DNA of 64,000 nucleotides from an uncultured Planctomycetales bacterium (GTDB lineage: Bacteria > Planctomycetota > PLA2 > JAEUHO01). The DNA lies in the NCBI GenBank assembly GCA_964586025.1, contig CAZPGF010000003.1, positions 10,032 to 74,031 of the forward strand. Direction: 5' to 3'. Positions 1 through 10,341 of this stretch are shown here, piece by piece. The notes under the pieces are model-generated. The model made no database searches. It was not told the origin of the DNA and was given only the letters and a program-made list of their open reading frames with translations. The stretch's first letter is position 1. Each line of letters starts with the position of its first letter. The translations under genes were made by a program, and so were the position numbers.

Positions 1-2097
1 GACCGCGAGGAGCGCCAGCCCGTACGGGTCCAGGCGCCCGTAGGCCGGATTCAATCCGTTCGAGAGCACGATCCCCCGGCGCGACCCGAGCACCGGTGCG
101 ATCACGGCCGCGTCGGTCGGGCCGTCGTGCGGGCCCGTCGTCGAACGCACGACCGCGCCCGCCTGGACCTCGTGGTCGTACTGGCGGATCACCCATTCCT
201 TGCTCGCGATCTGCGGCATCGCGAGCAACGCGAGGACGTCGCGGTCGTAGCGGGCGCGCGGACGACGCCGGGCCTCCTTCGCCTGGGGCGCCGTGTACGT
301 CGCGGCGCGCTCCGGTCGGGGCAGGCCGTCGTGGAGGAACGCCATCTCGAGGTCGGCCAACGTCTCGGCGCCGTGACGGACGACGAGGCGACGGTCGTCG
401 GTGAAGCGGCCGAGGACGACGGCCTCGACGTCCTCGGACGCGCAGAGCGAGAGAACGTCCTCGACGTGGTTCGGCGGGACCGCCGCGACCATCCGCTCCT
501 GCGCCTCGCTGATCCAGATCTCGAACGGCAGGAGGCCCGGGTACTTCAGCGGCGCGCGCGAGAGATCGACCTCGGCACCGGTCGCCTCGCCCATCTCGCC
601 GATCGCGCTGGAGAACCCGCCCGCGCCGCAGTCGGTGATGGCCGTGAACCAGCCTCGATCGCGGGCTTGGAGCAACACGTCGAGCACCTTCTTCTCGGTG
701 ATCGCGTCGCCGATCTGCACCGCGCCCGACGACACGGTCTCGCTCTCGCTGGTCAACTCGGCGCTGGAGAAGGTCGCGCCGTGGATCCCGTCGCGGCCGG
801 TGCGCCCGCCGAACGCGACGATCGCGTCGCCCGGGCGCGCCGCCTTCGCGACGAACGCACGGGGCACGAGGCCGACGCAGCCGGCGTAGACGACGGGGTT
901 GCCGACGTAGTCCGGATCGAAGCAGATCGCGCCGTTGACGGTCGGGATGCCCATCCGGTTGCCGTAGTCGCGGACCCCGGCGACGACGCCCTTGAGAAGG
1001 CGCGCGGGGTGGAGGCAGCCGCGCGGCACGTCGGCGGGCGGCGTGCGCGGATCGCCGAAGCAGAACACATCGGTGTTCGCGATCGGGCGCGCGCCGAGAC
1101 CGGTGCCGAGGATGTCGCGGATCACACCGCCGATGCCCGTGCCCGCGCCGCCGTAGGGTTCGATCGCGCTCGGGTGGTTGTGCGTCTCGACCTTCATGCA
1201 CACGCCGAGATCGCCATCGAACTGGATCACGCCCGCGTTGTCGCGGAACACGGACCAGCACCACGCGCGATCGAGGCGGCGGGTCGCCTCGAAGATCGTC
1301 TCCTTCAGGAGGTTCTCGTACCGCCGCTCGCCGCGTTCGTCGCGCATCCGGATCGGGCCGGTGAGGGTCTTGTGCTTGCAGTGCTCGCTCCACGTCTGCG
1401 CGAGCGTCTCCAATTCGACGTCGGTGGGCTCCCGGCGCCGGTCGCGAAACCACGCCTGGATGGTCCGCATCTCCTCGAGAGAGAGAGACAGGCCCATCGT
1501 CGCGGAGAGGTGCACCAGGGTCGCGTCGTCGGCGCGTCGCAGGGGGACGGTCCGGCGCTTCGCGGGGACGGTGGCCGGCGCGGGGAACGCGTGGTCGATC
1601 GGGCGCCCCGCGCACACCTCTTCGATCACGTCGTTGCCCAGCGCGTCGCGCGCGGCGGCGAGCACGCGCTCCGTCCCCTCGCGCGTCGCGACGAGGAAGG
1701 TGCGCGCCGCATGGACGCGACCGACCGACACGCCGAGGTGGGCGAGTGCGACGCGCGCGCTCTCCGCCTCCGGCTGGGTCACGCCCGCGCGGCGCGCGAC
1801 CGTGATCGCGACCGACGGTTCGGTGGCGAGGCGCACGTCGAGCGTCTCGTCGAGCGCGAACCGGTCGAGCACGGGGTTCGCCAAGACGCCGCGCGCGGCG
1901 CGGTCGAGGGCCTCGACGTCGAGGTCTCCCTCGAGGAACCAGACACGGACGACGCGAACGTCCGCGACGCTCGACAGGCCCGCCGCGACGAGGGCGTGGG
2001 CGGCCTCCGTTCCGGCCGGGTCGAACTCGCCGGGGCGGATCGCCACCTCGACGCGATGGACCGGGAGGGAGGCGCGTTTCGAGCGAGCCGCGGCCAT
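1..2097 (-). CDS. purL: Phosphoribosylformylglycinamidine synthase subunit PurL (FGAM synthase II), 3' end runs past the window edge
   Basis: Hand translation of the minus strand gives MAAARSKRASLPVHRVEVAIRPGEFD... and the PurL hallmark FRDRRREPTDVELETLAQTWSEHCKHKTLTG. Not in the ORF track because it touches the window edge. ATG at 2097-2095 (complement) is in frame with the conserved motifs. Confidence 0.9.
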   Translation of the reverse strand, partial: MAAARSKRASLPVHRVEVAIRPGEFDPAGTEAAHALVAAGLSSVADVRVVRVWFLEGDLDVEALDRAARGVLANPVLDRFALDETLDVRLATEPSVAITVARRAGVTQPEAESARVALAHLGVSVGRVHAARTFLVATREGTERVLAAARDALGNDVIEEVCAGRPIDHAFPAPATVPAKRRTVPLRRADDATLVHLSATMGLSLSLEEMRTIQAWFRDRRREPTDVELETLAQTWSEHCKHKTLTGPIRMRDERGERRYENLLKETIFEATRRLDRAWCWSVFRDNAGVIQFDGDLGVCMKVETHNHPSAIEPYGGAGTGIGGVIRDILGTGLGARPIANTDVFCFGDPRTPPADVPRGCLHPARLLKGVVAGVRDYGNRMGIPTVNGAICFDPDYVGNPVVYAGCVGLVPRAFVAKAARPGDAIVAFGGRTGRDGIHGATFSSAELTSESETVSSGAVQIGDAITEKKVLDVLLQARDRGWFTAITDCGAGGFSSAIGEMGEATGAEVDLSRAPLKYPGLLPFEIWISEAQERMVAAVPPNHVEDVLSLCASEDVEAVVLGRFTDDRRLVVRHGAETLADLEMAFLHDGLPRPERAATYTAPQAKEARRRPRARYDRDVLALLAMPQIASKEWVIRQYDHEVQAGAVVRSTTGPHDGPTDAAVIAPVLGSRRGIVLSNGLNPAYGRLDPYGLALLAV

Positions 2098-2443
2098 GAG
2101 TCGCTCCGGGGTTGCGCGGGTCGGCGCGGAGGAGGGGCGCCCATCCTGCCGTGCGGGTCGCGACGATGCCCGTGCGGCCGGATCATCGGTCGATGCGCGG
2201 CGCTTATCCGCCTTCGTGACCGAACGGTGATGGCGGGGCGCGTCCTGTCGGCGTCGTGCGGTCGGACCTCGCCCACTCCGTGCGGTCCCCCGCGACCGGG
2301 CGCGGCGCGAGGCGGTCGAGCCACCGGGGCCACGACGCCCCGGGGCCCGGGCGCACGCGGCGCGGTACACTCGTCGCCCGGCCGCGGGACCCCACGCGCT
2401 CCGCCGAACGCCCGTCCCACACAGGCCCCCGAGGGTGGACGCC

Positions 2444-3445
2444 ATGACGAAAGTCCGTAGCGACGACGGCACGCGGCGTCGCGATCTCGCCGCCGCGCTG
2501 CCGTTCGAGCGGCCGATCCTCGAACTCGAGCGCCGCATCGAGGAGTTGAAGGCGCTGCCCGATGTCGCGCTCAACGGTGAACTGAAGCCCCTCGAGCAGA
2601 AGCGCGACCGGCTGCTCGACGACGTGTTCGGGCGGTTGACGCCTTGGGACGTCGTCCAGGTCGCCCGCCACCCGCAGCGCCCGCAGTTCTCCGACTACAT
2701 GAACGGCATGTGCGAGGACGTCGTGGTGCTCCATGGCGACCGCCTGTTCGGCGAGGACAAGGCGATCGCGACGGCGCTCGCCACGATCGGCCGCCACCGC
2801 GTGCTCCTGGTCGGACATCGCAAGGGGCAGGAAACGCAGGAGCGCCTCGCCTGCAACTTCGGCTGCGCCCATCCGGAGGGCTATCGCAAGGCCCTGTCGA
2901 AGATGCGTCTCGCCGAGCGATTCGGCCTGCCGATCGTCTCGTTGATCAACACGCCCGGCGCGTATCCCGGCGTCGCCGCCGAAGAGCGCGGGCAGGCGTG
3001 GGCGATCGCCGAGAACATCCTGGAGATGTCCCGGCTGCGTGTGCCGGTGGTCTGCGTCGTCATCGGCGAAGGCGGAAGCGGCGGCGCCCTCGGCATCGGC
3101 GTCGGCGATCGCGTGTTGATGCTGCGCTACGCGTACTACTCGGTGATTTCCCCCGAGGGTTGCGCCGCCATCCTCTGGAAGGACGGCTCGCGCGCGGCGG
3201 ACGCCGCCAAGGCGCTGCGCCTGACGAGCGACGACCTGTTGCGGCTGAAGGTCGTCGACGAGATCGTGCCCGAACCGCGCGGGGCCGCGCATCGCGACCC
3301 GACGACGATGGTCGCGACGCTGAAGGACACCCTGCTCCGCCACCTCGACGAACTCGTGGCCATGGATCCCGAGACGCGGCTGGCGGCTCGGTACGAACGG
3401 CTTCGCCGGCTCGGCAACGGCGTCGAGCCTCTTCCGCCGGCCTAG
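2444..3445 (+). CDS. accA: Acetyl-CoA carboxylase carboxyltransferase subunit alpha
   Basis: LPFERPILELERRIEEL, VIGEGGSGGALGIGVGDRVLMLRYAYYSVISPEGCAAILW and other AccA signatures. ATG at 2444 is preceded by GAGGG at SD-like spacing; the track starts at GTG 2435. Confidence 0.92.
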   Translation: MTKVRSDDGTRRRDLAAALPFERPILELERRIEELKALPDVALNGELKPLEQKRDRLLDDVFGRLTPWDVVQVARHPQRPQFSDYMNGMCEDVVVLHGDRLFGEDKAIATALATIGRHRVLLVGHRKGQETQERLACNFGCAHPEGYRKALSKMRLAERFGLPIVSLINTPGAYPGVAAEERGQAWAIAENILEMSRLRVPVVCVVIGEGGSGGALGIGVGDRVLMLRYAYYSVISPEGCAAILWKDGSRAADAAKALRLTSDDLLRLKVVDEIVPEPRGAAHRDPTTMVATLKDTLLRHLDELVAMDPETRLAARYERLRRLGNGVEPLPPA

Positions 3446-3454
3446 GGGAGGCCC

Positions 3455-4222
3455 ATGCGCGATACGGTTCTCGGACCGGGCTACGCGCGACGTCGCCGCG
3501 GCGTGGCCGTCGTCCTCGCCGCCGTCCTCGGGGTGGCCGTCCCCGCGGCGGGGGACGAGTCGGACGCGCCGGGCCGGGCCCGTCCGAGCGGCGCTCCCGT
3601 CGTCGGGGCGCCGACTCCCGATCGCGCGGTCGTGTGGCGCCTCGAGCGGCAGGGCGTCACGATCGAACAGAACGTCGGTCATCTGCCCGAGGCGGTGCGC
3701 GCCGTGCTGTTGGACCGGCTCGTGGCCGACGGGTGGACCGTCGTCCCGATCGACGCGGTCTCGGCGACCGGCACGACGCCCTCGCTCCCGAGGCTCCTCC
3801 TGGACTCGACACCGCCTCCCGCTCGGATCCCCCCGACCTCGAGGCCCTCGCTTCCGAAGCCGCCCGCGCCGACCCCACCGACGCCATCCCGTGCCGCGTT
3901 CGCCGGCGGCGAACTGGTCGCGCCCGAAGCCGAGGGCGCCGGCTGGCGCGTCGCCCTCGCGCCGCCGGAGAGTCTCCTCGCGGCGCTCGGCTTCGAGGTG
4001 GACGATCGGATCCTCGCCTTCGACGAGGCTGCCGACCGCGCCGCCGTCGAGCGGGCCGCGGCGAGGCTGCGCGAGACCGGCCAACTCGCGCTGATCGTCG
4101 CGCGTAGAGGAGGCGGCGTCGATCGCGTGGAGATCACGCCGGTTTTCCAGCCCGCGCCCCGCCGCCCGATGCCCGGTCGGGCTCTGCCGAGGCCTGCGGA
4201 GCAGACGGAGGGTTCCCGATGA
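3455..4222 (+). CDS. Hypothetical secreted Pro-rich protein
   Basis: Signal-peptide-like N-terminus, Pro-rich linker; no recognised domain. Stop overlaps the next start (ATGA at 4219-4222). Confidence 0.5.
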   Translation: MRDTVLGPGYARRRRGVAVVLAAVLGVAVPAAGDESDAPGRARPSGAPVVGAPTPDRAVVWRLERQGVTIEQNVGHLPEAVRAVLLDRLVADGWTVVPIDAVSATGTTPSLPRLLLDSTPPPARIPPTSRPSLPKPPAPTPPTPSRAAFAGGELVAPEAEGAGWRVALAPPESLLAALGFEVDDRILAFDEAADRAAVERAAARLRETGQLALIVARRGGGVDRVEITPVFQPAPRRPMPGRALPRPAEQTEGSR

Positions 4223-5664
4223 CCACGTCCCGCCTCATGTCGTTCGTTGCGTCGGTCGGTCTGGCGTCGGCGGCCGCGTTCGCCGTTCCGTTCGCTCCGA
4301 CCGCTCGCGCCGAGGATCCCGCACCGCCGTCGGCGCCGGCCGGCGCTTCCGTCGAACAGCTGATCGAGCGCCTCGGCGCGCCCGGATTCGACGAACGTGC
4401 CGCCGCGTCTCGCGAGTTGCAGCGCCTCGGGCGCTCCGCCGAACCGGCCCTTCGCCGTGCGCTCGACGCGACGAAGGATCCGGAAGTGCGCTGGCGTATC
4501 GAGCAACTCCTGCTCCGCCTCGACGGAACCGAGGCGCGCCCCCTCGGTGGCGCCCGACCCGAGTCCGACACCCGGCCCCGCGCCGAGGCCGACGGATCGG
4601 CCCGCCGCGACGTCGAGGAGGACGCGCCCGGAAAGGATCTCGGCGACGACTTCGGCGTCGAAGACCTCGGCCGCCTCATGCGCGAGCTGGAGGAGCGGAC
4701 GAAGCTCCTTCGCGAGCGCTGGCTCGAAGGGTGGAACCGTCCCGATGCGAACGGTGGGATCGGCGGCTGGCCGCGCTTCGACGCGTTTGGCGGGCTCGGC
4801 GAGCGGACGATCGAGGCGCAGGGACTCGTGTTGCGCAGCGACGGCTTCGGTCCGGTCGAGTTGAAGGTGAGCCGCCCCGATGCGCCGAATCCGGCCGATC
4901 GCGAGTTGACGTATCGCGGCTGGAGCCTCGACGACGTTCTCGCGAAGCATCCCGATCTCGCTCAGCACCCCGGCATGGACGAGTTGCGTCGCAAGGTCGC
5001 CGCGGAGCCGGTCGGACCCGGCGCCATGCTGCGCGACATGATGCGCGAGCATCTCGGTCAGTCGCCCGGGTTCGGCATCCAGATCCATCCCGGGATCTCC
5101 ACCGGAACCTCGATCGTGCAGGACGCGAACGGCGTCAAGGTGACGATCCGCACGCGGGGCGAGGACGGCGAGATCGAGGAGAAGACCTACCAGGGTAAGT
5201 CGATCGAGGAGTTGAAGGCCGCTCACCCCGAACTCGAATCGGCGCTGTCCGGCATCCGCCTGGAGTGGCGTGCGCCGCGCTTCTTCTTCGGTCCGAGCGT
5301 CGGTCAGCGTGACCGGCCCCGCCGTCGCGGCCTCGAGCCGTTGGATCCCGGACAGCCCGCCCCGATGACGCCCGGGACGCCGACCGGAGCGTCGTTCGGC
5401 GTCATCGTCGGACCGGTCAGCGAGAGCCTCGCGGCGCAGTTGAAGCTCGAGACGGGGCTCGGTGCGATCGTTCACGAGGTCGTCTCGGGATCCGCGGCGG
5501 AGCGACTCGGCGTCCGGCGTTTCGACGTCCTCCTGGCGGTCGACGGCGAGGTGTTGCACGGCTCCGGCGACGCGTCGGTCCGCCTTCGCCCGAAGGCCGA
5601 TCCGTCGCAACCGCTCGACCTCCTCGTGATCCGCGGCGGGGAGCGGGTTTCGCTGAAGCGCTGA
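4219..5664 (+). CDS. Secreted protein with C-terminal PDZ domain
   Basis: Signal peptide MTTSRLMSFVASVGLASAAAFA, helical repeat-like N-region, C-terminal PDZ-like segment FGVIVGPVSESLAAQLKLETGLGAIVHEVVSGSAAERLGVRRFDVLLAVDGE. Confidence 0.6.
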   Translation: MTTSRLMSFVASVGLASAAAFAVPFAPTARAEDPAPPSAPAGASVEQLIERLGAPGFDERAAASRELQRLGRSAEPALRRALDATKDPEVRWRIEQLLLRLDGTEARPLGGARPESDTRPRAEADGSARRDVEEDAPGKDLGDDFGVEDLGRLMRELEERTKLLRERWLEGWNRPDANGGIGGWPRFDAFGGLGERTIEAQGLVLRSDGFGPVELKVSRPDAPNPADRELTYRGWSLDDVLAKHPDLAQHPGMDELRRKVAAEPVGPGAMLRDMMREHLGQSPGFGIQIHPGISTGTSIVQDANGVKVTIRTRGEDGEIEEKTYQGKSIEELKAAHPELESALSGIRLEWRAPRFFFGPSVGQRDRPRRRGLEPLDPGQPAPMTPGTPTGASFGVIVGPVSESLAAQLKLETGLGAIVHEVVSGSAAERLGVRRFDVLLAVDGEVLHGSGDASVRLRPKADPSQPLDLLVIRGGERVSLKR

Positions 5665-5746
5665 TCGTTCACGCCCGCGTTGGGTGGGAGCGGCGTGCCG
5701 ACGCAGTCCGGTCGCAGGGAGGCGCGGGACGGAGTCCCTTCGCGGT

Positions 5747-7012
5747 TCAGTTGCCGACGTGGGCGGTGGCGTAGGCGACCTCGGGATCGTCGAACCGCGA
5801 TTGGTTCGCGAGGCGCTCGCCGACGACGACTCCCGCGCAGCCCATCAGGTAGCCGCCGCCGATCGACGGCAGCAGGACCAGTTCGCCGGCGCGGATGCGG
5901 TGGTCGTCGCGCACGACGACGCGTTCGACGCGTCCTTCCGCATCGAGCACGCGCTCCATCGTGCCCGCGCGCAGGACGTGATCGAGCGTGACGAGGTTGC
6001 TCGCCGCGGAGATGTTGCCGTAGCGGTAGATGGTGCGACCGACGTGCTCGATCGGGACGCGCAGTTCCTTCGCCAGGCCGTCGAGGATCCGTCCGTTGGC
6101 TTGATGGGGGACGAGGCGGACGCGCGCGAGCGTCTCGATCAGGCCCGGCGTTCCGGACTTCAGATCCCCCTCGTCGTAGCCGAGAGCGCGAGCGACGCAG
6201 TTCGCCATGCGCTTCACCGCCATGCGCAGAACGGAGGGACCTCCCTCCATCTCGACGAGGGACTGCTCGACGAGTTGCACACCGGCCTGAACCTGCTTGT
6301 CGGGGAACGCCCCGATGCCCAGCGGCACGTTGCTGTTCGCGAGGTGGATGTTGCGCGCGCTGAACTCGAAACCGAGCTGGGGCGGCAGAATGCCGTCCGA
6401 GCCGCCGCGATCGCCGCGCGAGACGACCGCCGCCCCCGCACCGTCGCCGAACAGGATCGCGGTCAGGGGATCGTGGAAGTTCAGCGCGCGGCTGGCGGTC
6501 TCGGCGCCGATCACCAGCACGTGTTCGTACACGCCCGAGGCGACGAGGCCGTACGCCATGCCGATGCCGTAGATCGAGCCGGCGCACGCGGCCATCAGCA
6601 TCATGACGCCGGCGTTGGAGCAGCCGAGTTCGTGCGCGAGGCGGCAGTGGTCGCCCGGGATCATCTCGCTGGGCGTGAACGTCGCGTACGCCACGAGTCC
6701 GACGTCCTTCGGGTCCACCCCGGCCGATGCGAGGGCCCGTTCGGCCGCGACCCGCGCGAGGTCGGAGGTCCGCACGCCCGGCGCGGCGTAGCGCCGTTCG
6801 TGGATGTGGGTCATCTGATCCACCCACACGCCGAAGTCGCCCGAGCGCGCCGCGTCGTAGCCGCGGACGATCGTCTCCAGCGTCCGGTTGTCGACGACCC
6901 CCGGAGGCAGGAAGGAGCCCGTACCGGAGAGGCGAACCAGGGGGTTCAGTTCGGTGCGCACGAAGGGACTCCGCGTTCCGGCAGGGCCTCGGCCGCGAGC
7001 GGCCCGGCGCAT
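5747..7012 (-). CDS. 3-oxoacyl-ACP synthase III family (FabH/KAS III-like) with short insertions
   Basis: KAS III-like motifs: GTGSFLPP, SEMIPGDHCRLAHELGC, VPHQANGRILDGLAKEL, GNISAASNLVTLDHVL, GGGYLMGCAG. The exact start is uncertain; the track offers 7051 and the Met at 7012 is used here. Confidence 0.75.
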   Translation of the reverse strand: MRRAARGRGPAGTRSPFVRTELNPLVRLSGTGSFLPPGVVDNRTLETIVRGYDAARSGDFGVWVDQMTHIHERRYAAPGVRTSDLARVAAERALASAGVDPKDVGLVAYATFTPSEMIPGDHCRLAHELGCSNAGVMMLMAACAGSIYGIGMAYGLVASGVYEHVLVIGAETASRALNFHDPLTAILFGDGAGAAVVSRGDRGGSDGILPPQLGFEFSARNIHLANSNVPLGIGAFPDKQVQAGVQLVEQSLVEMEGGPSVLRMAVKRMANCVARALGYDEGDLKSGTPGLIETLARVRLVPHQANGRILDGLAKELRVPIEHVGRTIYRYGNISAASNLVTLDHVLRAGTMERVLDAEGRVERVVVRDDHRIRAGELVLLPSIGGGYLMGCAGVVVGERLANQSRFDDPEVAYATAHVGN

Positions 7013-7107
7013 GGTGCCCGGGAGCGGCGGCGCTGGCGAGGCAGGCGCCATACCGACCGTCCCCTCGTACGACTAGACTCGCCGCCCCGCGGGGGGTCGG
7101 GACGCAC

Positions 7108-10100
7108 ATGGATTCGCCGACGCCTCGCGAACTCGCTCCCGACGCGGCGTTGCCGGCCGCGCCGCGGCTGCTGTTGACGGGAGCGGCGGGCACCGGAAAG
7201 ACGTGGCGCGCGCTCGGCGCGGTTCGCGACATCGCGACCCGCCGCGCCCCGCACGGTGGCGCCGCGGAGCGTCCGGGAGCCGCGCTGCTCGTGCTCCCGA
7301 CGTTCGCCGACGTGCAGCACGCGCGGCGGATCGCGCTCTCGCGGTGGGATGCGCGGGGTCTGCTCGACGAGGTGTTCGCCACGTTCACGGGAGCCGGGGA
7401 GCGTTTCCTCGATCGGTTCCGCGTGGACGTGCTTCCGTCGGCAGCCGCACGCGACCGCCTGCTCGTCGCAGCGCTCGCGGACGTCGATGCGCGCGTCTTC
7501 GCCGCGGTCGCCGGCGCCGCGGCGTTTCGAGCCCGCCTGCTGCGACTGATCAAGGAACTGAAGCAGAGCGGCGATGAACCGGCGGAGATCGCCGATCGAC
7601 TCGAGAACGCGGCGGACGCGTTGTCGGTGCCCGCTCGCGAGCGTCTCACGGCGTTCGTCGCCGTGTTTCGTGCCGTCCACCGCCGCCTCGCCGACACGGG
7701 TCTTTCCGATCACGAGGACGTGCTGCGCGCGCTCGCCCGGCGGCTGGAGGACCGCCCGCCTCGCTCGCCCCCGCGTCGTCTCGTCTTCGACGGCTTCGAG
7801 GACTTCACGCCCATCGAAGAGCGGATCCTCGATCGCCTCTCGTCGAGCGTCGTGGACGCCGGCGGGCAGGTGATCGTCACCTGTCCGTTCGACCCGCGAC
7901 GCGCCGCCCTGTTCGTGGCGACGGGCCCGTGGCGTGAGCGACGTCTCGCCGCGGGCTTCGAGGAGTGGCGCGTGATTCCGCGGGCCGATGCGCGTCCCGC
8001 TCCACTCGCGCGTCTCGCGCGCGAGCTGTTCAGCGAGGATCCGGGTGAGGCGCCGACGCCGGGAGGCTCCCGCGTGGCGTGGATCCTCGGCGGTGACGAC
8101 GAAGACGAGGCCGAGGCGATCGCGCGTCACGTCCGTCGCGCGGTGCTCGGCGCGGAGATCCGGGTCGGGGACCGTCCCGCTCGATGGCACGACGTCGCGA
8201 TCGTCGTGCCGGACCTCGGGAGGGACGCGAGTCGTCTGGCTTCGGCCCTCCGCCGGATCGGTGTGCCGGTCCGCGCCGAGGCGGTCGCACCATCGCTCGG
8301 ACGCACCCCCCTCGTTCGCGCGCTCCGCGGCGCGCTCGATGTCGTCGCGGGCGACATCGGGCCCGGCGAGTTCGATCCGTTCGCCCTGCATGCGTGGCTC
8401 GCCTGGTGCGTCGCGGCGGAAGGCGACGTCGAGGCGCGCCGTGCGCTCGATGCCTTCGAGGTGTGCCATCGGACCGACGGCGCTCCTCGGGACTTCCGCG
8501 CGTTCCTCGCCGACGCGCCGGACGCGATCGCACCGTTCGTCGTTCGCCTGGAGTCGGCGAGGGTGGCCCTCCACGACGCGCGCGGCGTGGAGGCGTTCGA
8601 AGGCCTCGCCGAGGCCATGCCGGACCTCGCGCCCCTGCCCGCGCCGAGCGCGCGCGACGACGCGGGGCGCCCGAGCGACGCCCGCCGGGACGCGCTGGTC
8701 GCCGCCGCGCATGCGGCGTCGGCGCGACTCGTGCGCGTGCTTTCCGGTCTCGCCGACGCGACGCATCGCACGGGCGTCGGTCCCGCATCGATCGCCGAGG
8801 CGGTGGCGGACCTGCTCGCGCATGCCGACGCGCTCTCGTTCGAAGCGCCCGATCGTCGTTTGGACGCGGTGTCCGTGATCGACATGGAGACGGCGCGCTT
8901 TCGAGAACCCGCGCTCGTCGTCGTAGCCGGGCTCGAAGCGGGGCGCGTGCCCCGGGGATCGGGCGAGGACCCGCTGCTCGCCGACGCCGATCGCGAGGCG
9001 CTGGTCGAACGGGATCCGCGACTGCGACTTCCGCGCGCCCGCGATCGCGACGCGCGCGAGCGCCGCCTCCTCTACTCGGCGATGACGTCCGCGCGCCACA
9101 CCCTCTGGCTCGCGCGGCCGACGATGGACGCCCGTGGCGACCAGGTCCTCTCGGCCCTGCCGATGCGCGCTCTCGAGCGCTGCGTCACGCCGACCATCCT
9201 CCACGACACGCGCGCCCCCGGCTCGCTCGCTCCGTCGCGCGATCTCGTCGCCAGCGAGCGCGATCTCGTCCACATCGCCGCCCATCCGTCGACGCCGCGG
9301 CCGCTCGCCGAGGCGCTCGCCCGGGCGCTCCCGACCACGGCGACGGCGCTCGAACGAGGTCGCGCGAGGCGGCCGACGAGGCTCCACGTCCCCCCGCCGG
9401 TCGCCGCGCGCCTCGCGTCGGGGTTCGACGTGATGAGCCCCAGCGAACTGGACGTGGCGCATCGATGTCGTGCGCAGTTCGCCTTCCGGCACGTGCTGCG
9501 CGTGCCGGAGGACGACCTGTCGTTCGAGCCGCGCGAGGTCGAGCCCGCCGAGGAGGGGCAACTGCTCCACGCGGCGTTTCGCACGGCCCTCCTGCGCGGC
9601 GATCGCACGGCCCTCGAGATCGCTCGCGACGTGCTGGCCGAGGCCGGCATCGAATCATCCGACGAGTCGTTGCTCGAGGCCGAATTGGTGCGTGCGATCG
9701 AGCTGTTGAGGCGGCGCGAGGCGGCGCTCCCGGCCGCCTGGCGCGCCGACCCGGCGTTTCTCGAACGATCGTTCGGTGCGGCCGACGAGATCGCCCTCGA
9801 CGACGGAGCGACCCGCCTCCTCTTGAAGGGGCGCATCGATCGCGTCGACGTCCGATCGGAGCGCGGAACGCCCCCGGTCGCCATCGTCGTCGACTACAAG
9901 CGCTCTCCCACCACCGTGGAGTCGTCGGCCAGCAGCGAGCGCAACGGTCTCGGCCTGCAACTCCGCCTCTATGCGCTCGCGGTCGAGCGGCTCGCACGGG
10001 TCCGCGTCGTCGGTCTCGAATGGGTCGCGTCGTTGGCCCGGTTGCGGCGCGGTGTCTACGACCAGCAGGCCCCACCCGATGTCGCATGGCGGCGCGAGGA

Positions 10101-10341
10101 GAAGTCTCCGATCTCGTGCGGGCCGGGGCAGTTCGCGGCGATGCGCGACGACGCGGTCGCCTCTGCGCTCGCGGCCGTCGCCGACCTCCGGGCGGCGCGC
10201 CTCGATCGCGCGCCGATCCTCGCCACGACCTGCACCTCCTGTTCGTGGAAGAGGCCGTGCCGGCCTGACCGCGACGCGGTGGAACGCACGGCGGCCGAGC
10301 GCCGGCCCCCCGCACCGGGCGACGAGGAGGACGAGGCATGA
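7108..10341 (+). CDS. addB: AddB-type helicase-nuclease subunit (PD-(D/E)XK nuclease, C-terminal Cys cluster)
   Basis: Walker A GAAGTGKT near the N-terminus, RecB-like nuclease tail and a 4-Cys cluster (CGPGQ..CTSCSWKRPC) typical of the AddB Fe-S domain. ATG 7108 confirmed by frame arithmetic; 3' end overlaps addA (ATGA). Confidence 0.8.
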   Translation: MDSPTPRELAPDAALPAAPRLLLTGAAGTGKTWRALGAVRDIATRRAPHGGAAERPGAALLVLPTFADVQHARRIALSRWDARGLLDEVFATFTGAGERFLDRFRVDVLPSAAARDRLLVAALADVDARVFAAVAGAAAFRARLLRLIKELKQSGDEPAEIADRLENAADALSVPARERLTAFVAVFRAVHRRLADTGLSDHEDVLRALARRLEDRPPRSPPRRLVFDGFEDFTPIEERILDRLSSSVVDAGGQVIVTCPFDPRRAALFVATGPWRERRLAAGFEEWRVIPRADARPAPLARLARELFSEDPGEAPTPGGSRVAWILGGDDEDEAEAIARHVRRAVLGAEIRVGDRPARWHDVAIVVPDLGRDASRLASALRRIGVPVRAEAVAPSLGRTPLVRALRGALDVVAGDIGPGEFDPFALHAWLAWCVAAEGDVEARRALDAFEVCHRTDGAPRDFRAFLADAPDAIAPFVVRLESARVALHDARGVEAFEGLAEAMPDLAPLPAPSARDDAGRPSDARRDALVAAAHAASARLVRVLSGLADATHRTGVGPASIAEAVADLLAHADALSFEAPDRRLDAVSVIDMETARFREPALVVVAGLEAGRVPRGSGEDPLLADADREALVERDPRLRLPRARDRDARERRLLYSAMTSARHTLWLARPTMDARGDQVLSALPMRALERCVTPTILHDTRAPGSLAPSRDLVASERDLVHIAAHPSTPRPLAEALARALPTTATALERGRARRPTRLHVPPPVAARLASGFDVMSPSELDVAHRCRAQFAFRHVLRVPEDDLSFEPREVEPAEEGQLLHAAFRTALLRGDRTALEIARDVLAEAGIESSDESLLEAELVRAIELLRRREAALPAAWRADPAFLERSFGAADEIALDDGATRLLLKGRIDRVDVRSERGTPPVAIVVDYKRSPTTVESSASSERNGLGLQLRLYALAVERLARVRVVGLEWVASLARLRRGVYDQQAPPDVAWRREEKSPISCGPGQFAAMRDDAVASALAAVADLRAARLDRAPILATTCTSCSWKRPCRPDRDAVERTAAERRPPAPGDEEDEA

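Noticed and set aside
2098-2443. Possible ZTP/purine riboswitch in the purL leader
   Set aside because: The 340-bp leader is GC-rich with some hairpins, but I could not find the GGGTCGTGAC...CCGGGC...GCCTGGGCA ZTP core or a purine-riboswitch junction.
127-2460. 777-aa plus-strand ORF and 2204..4084 minus ORF (626 aa) in the purL/accA region
   Set aside because: Arg/Ala/Gly-rich low-complexity translations lying antisense or out of frame to clearly homologous purL and accA. This is the typical spurious ORF of 74% GC DNA.
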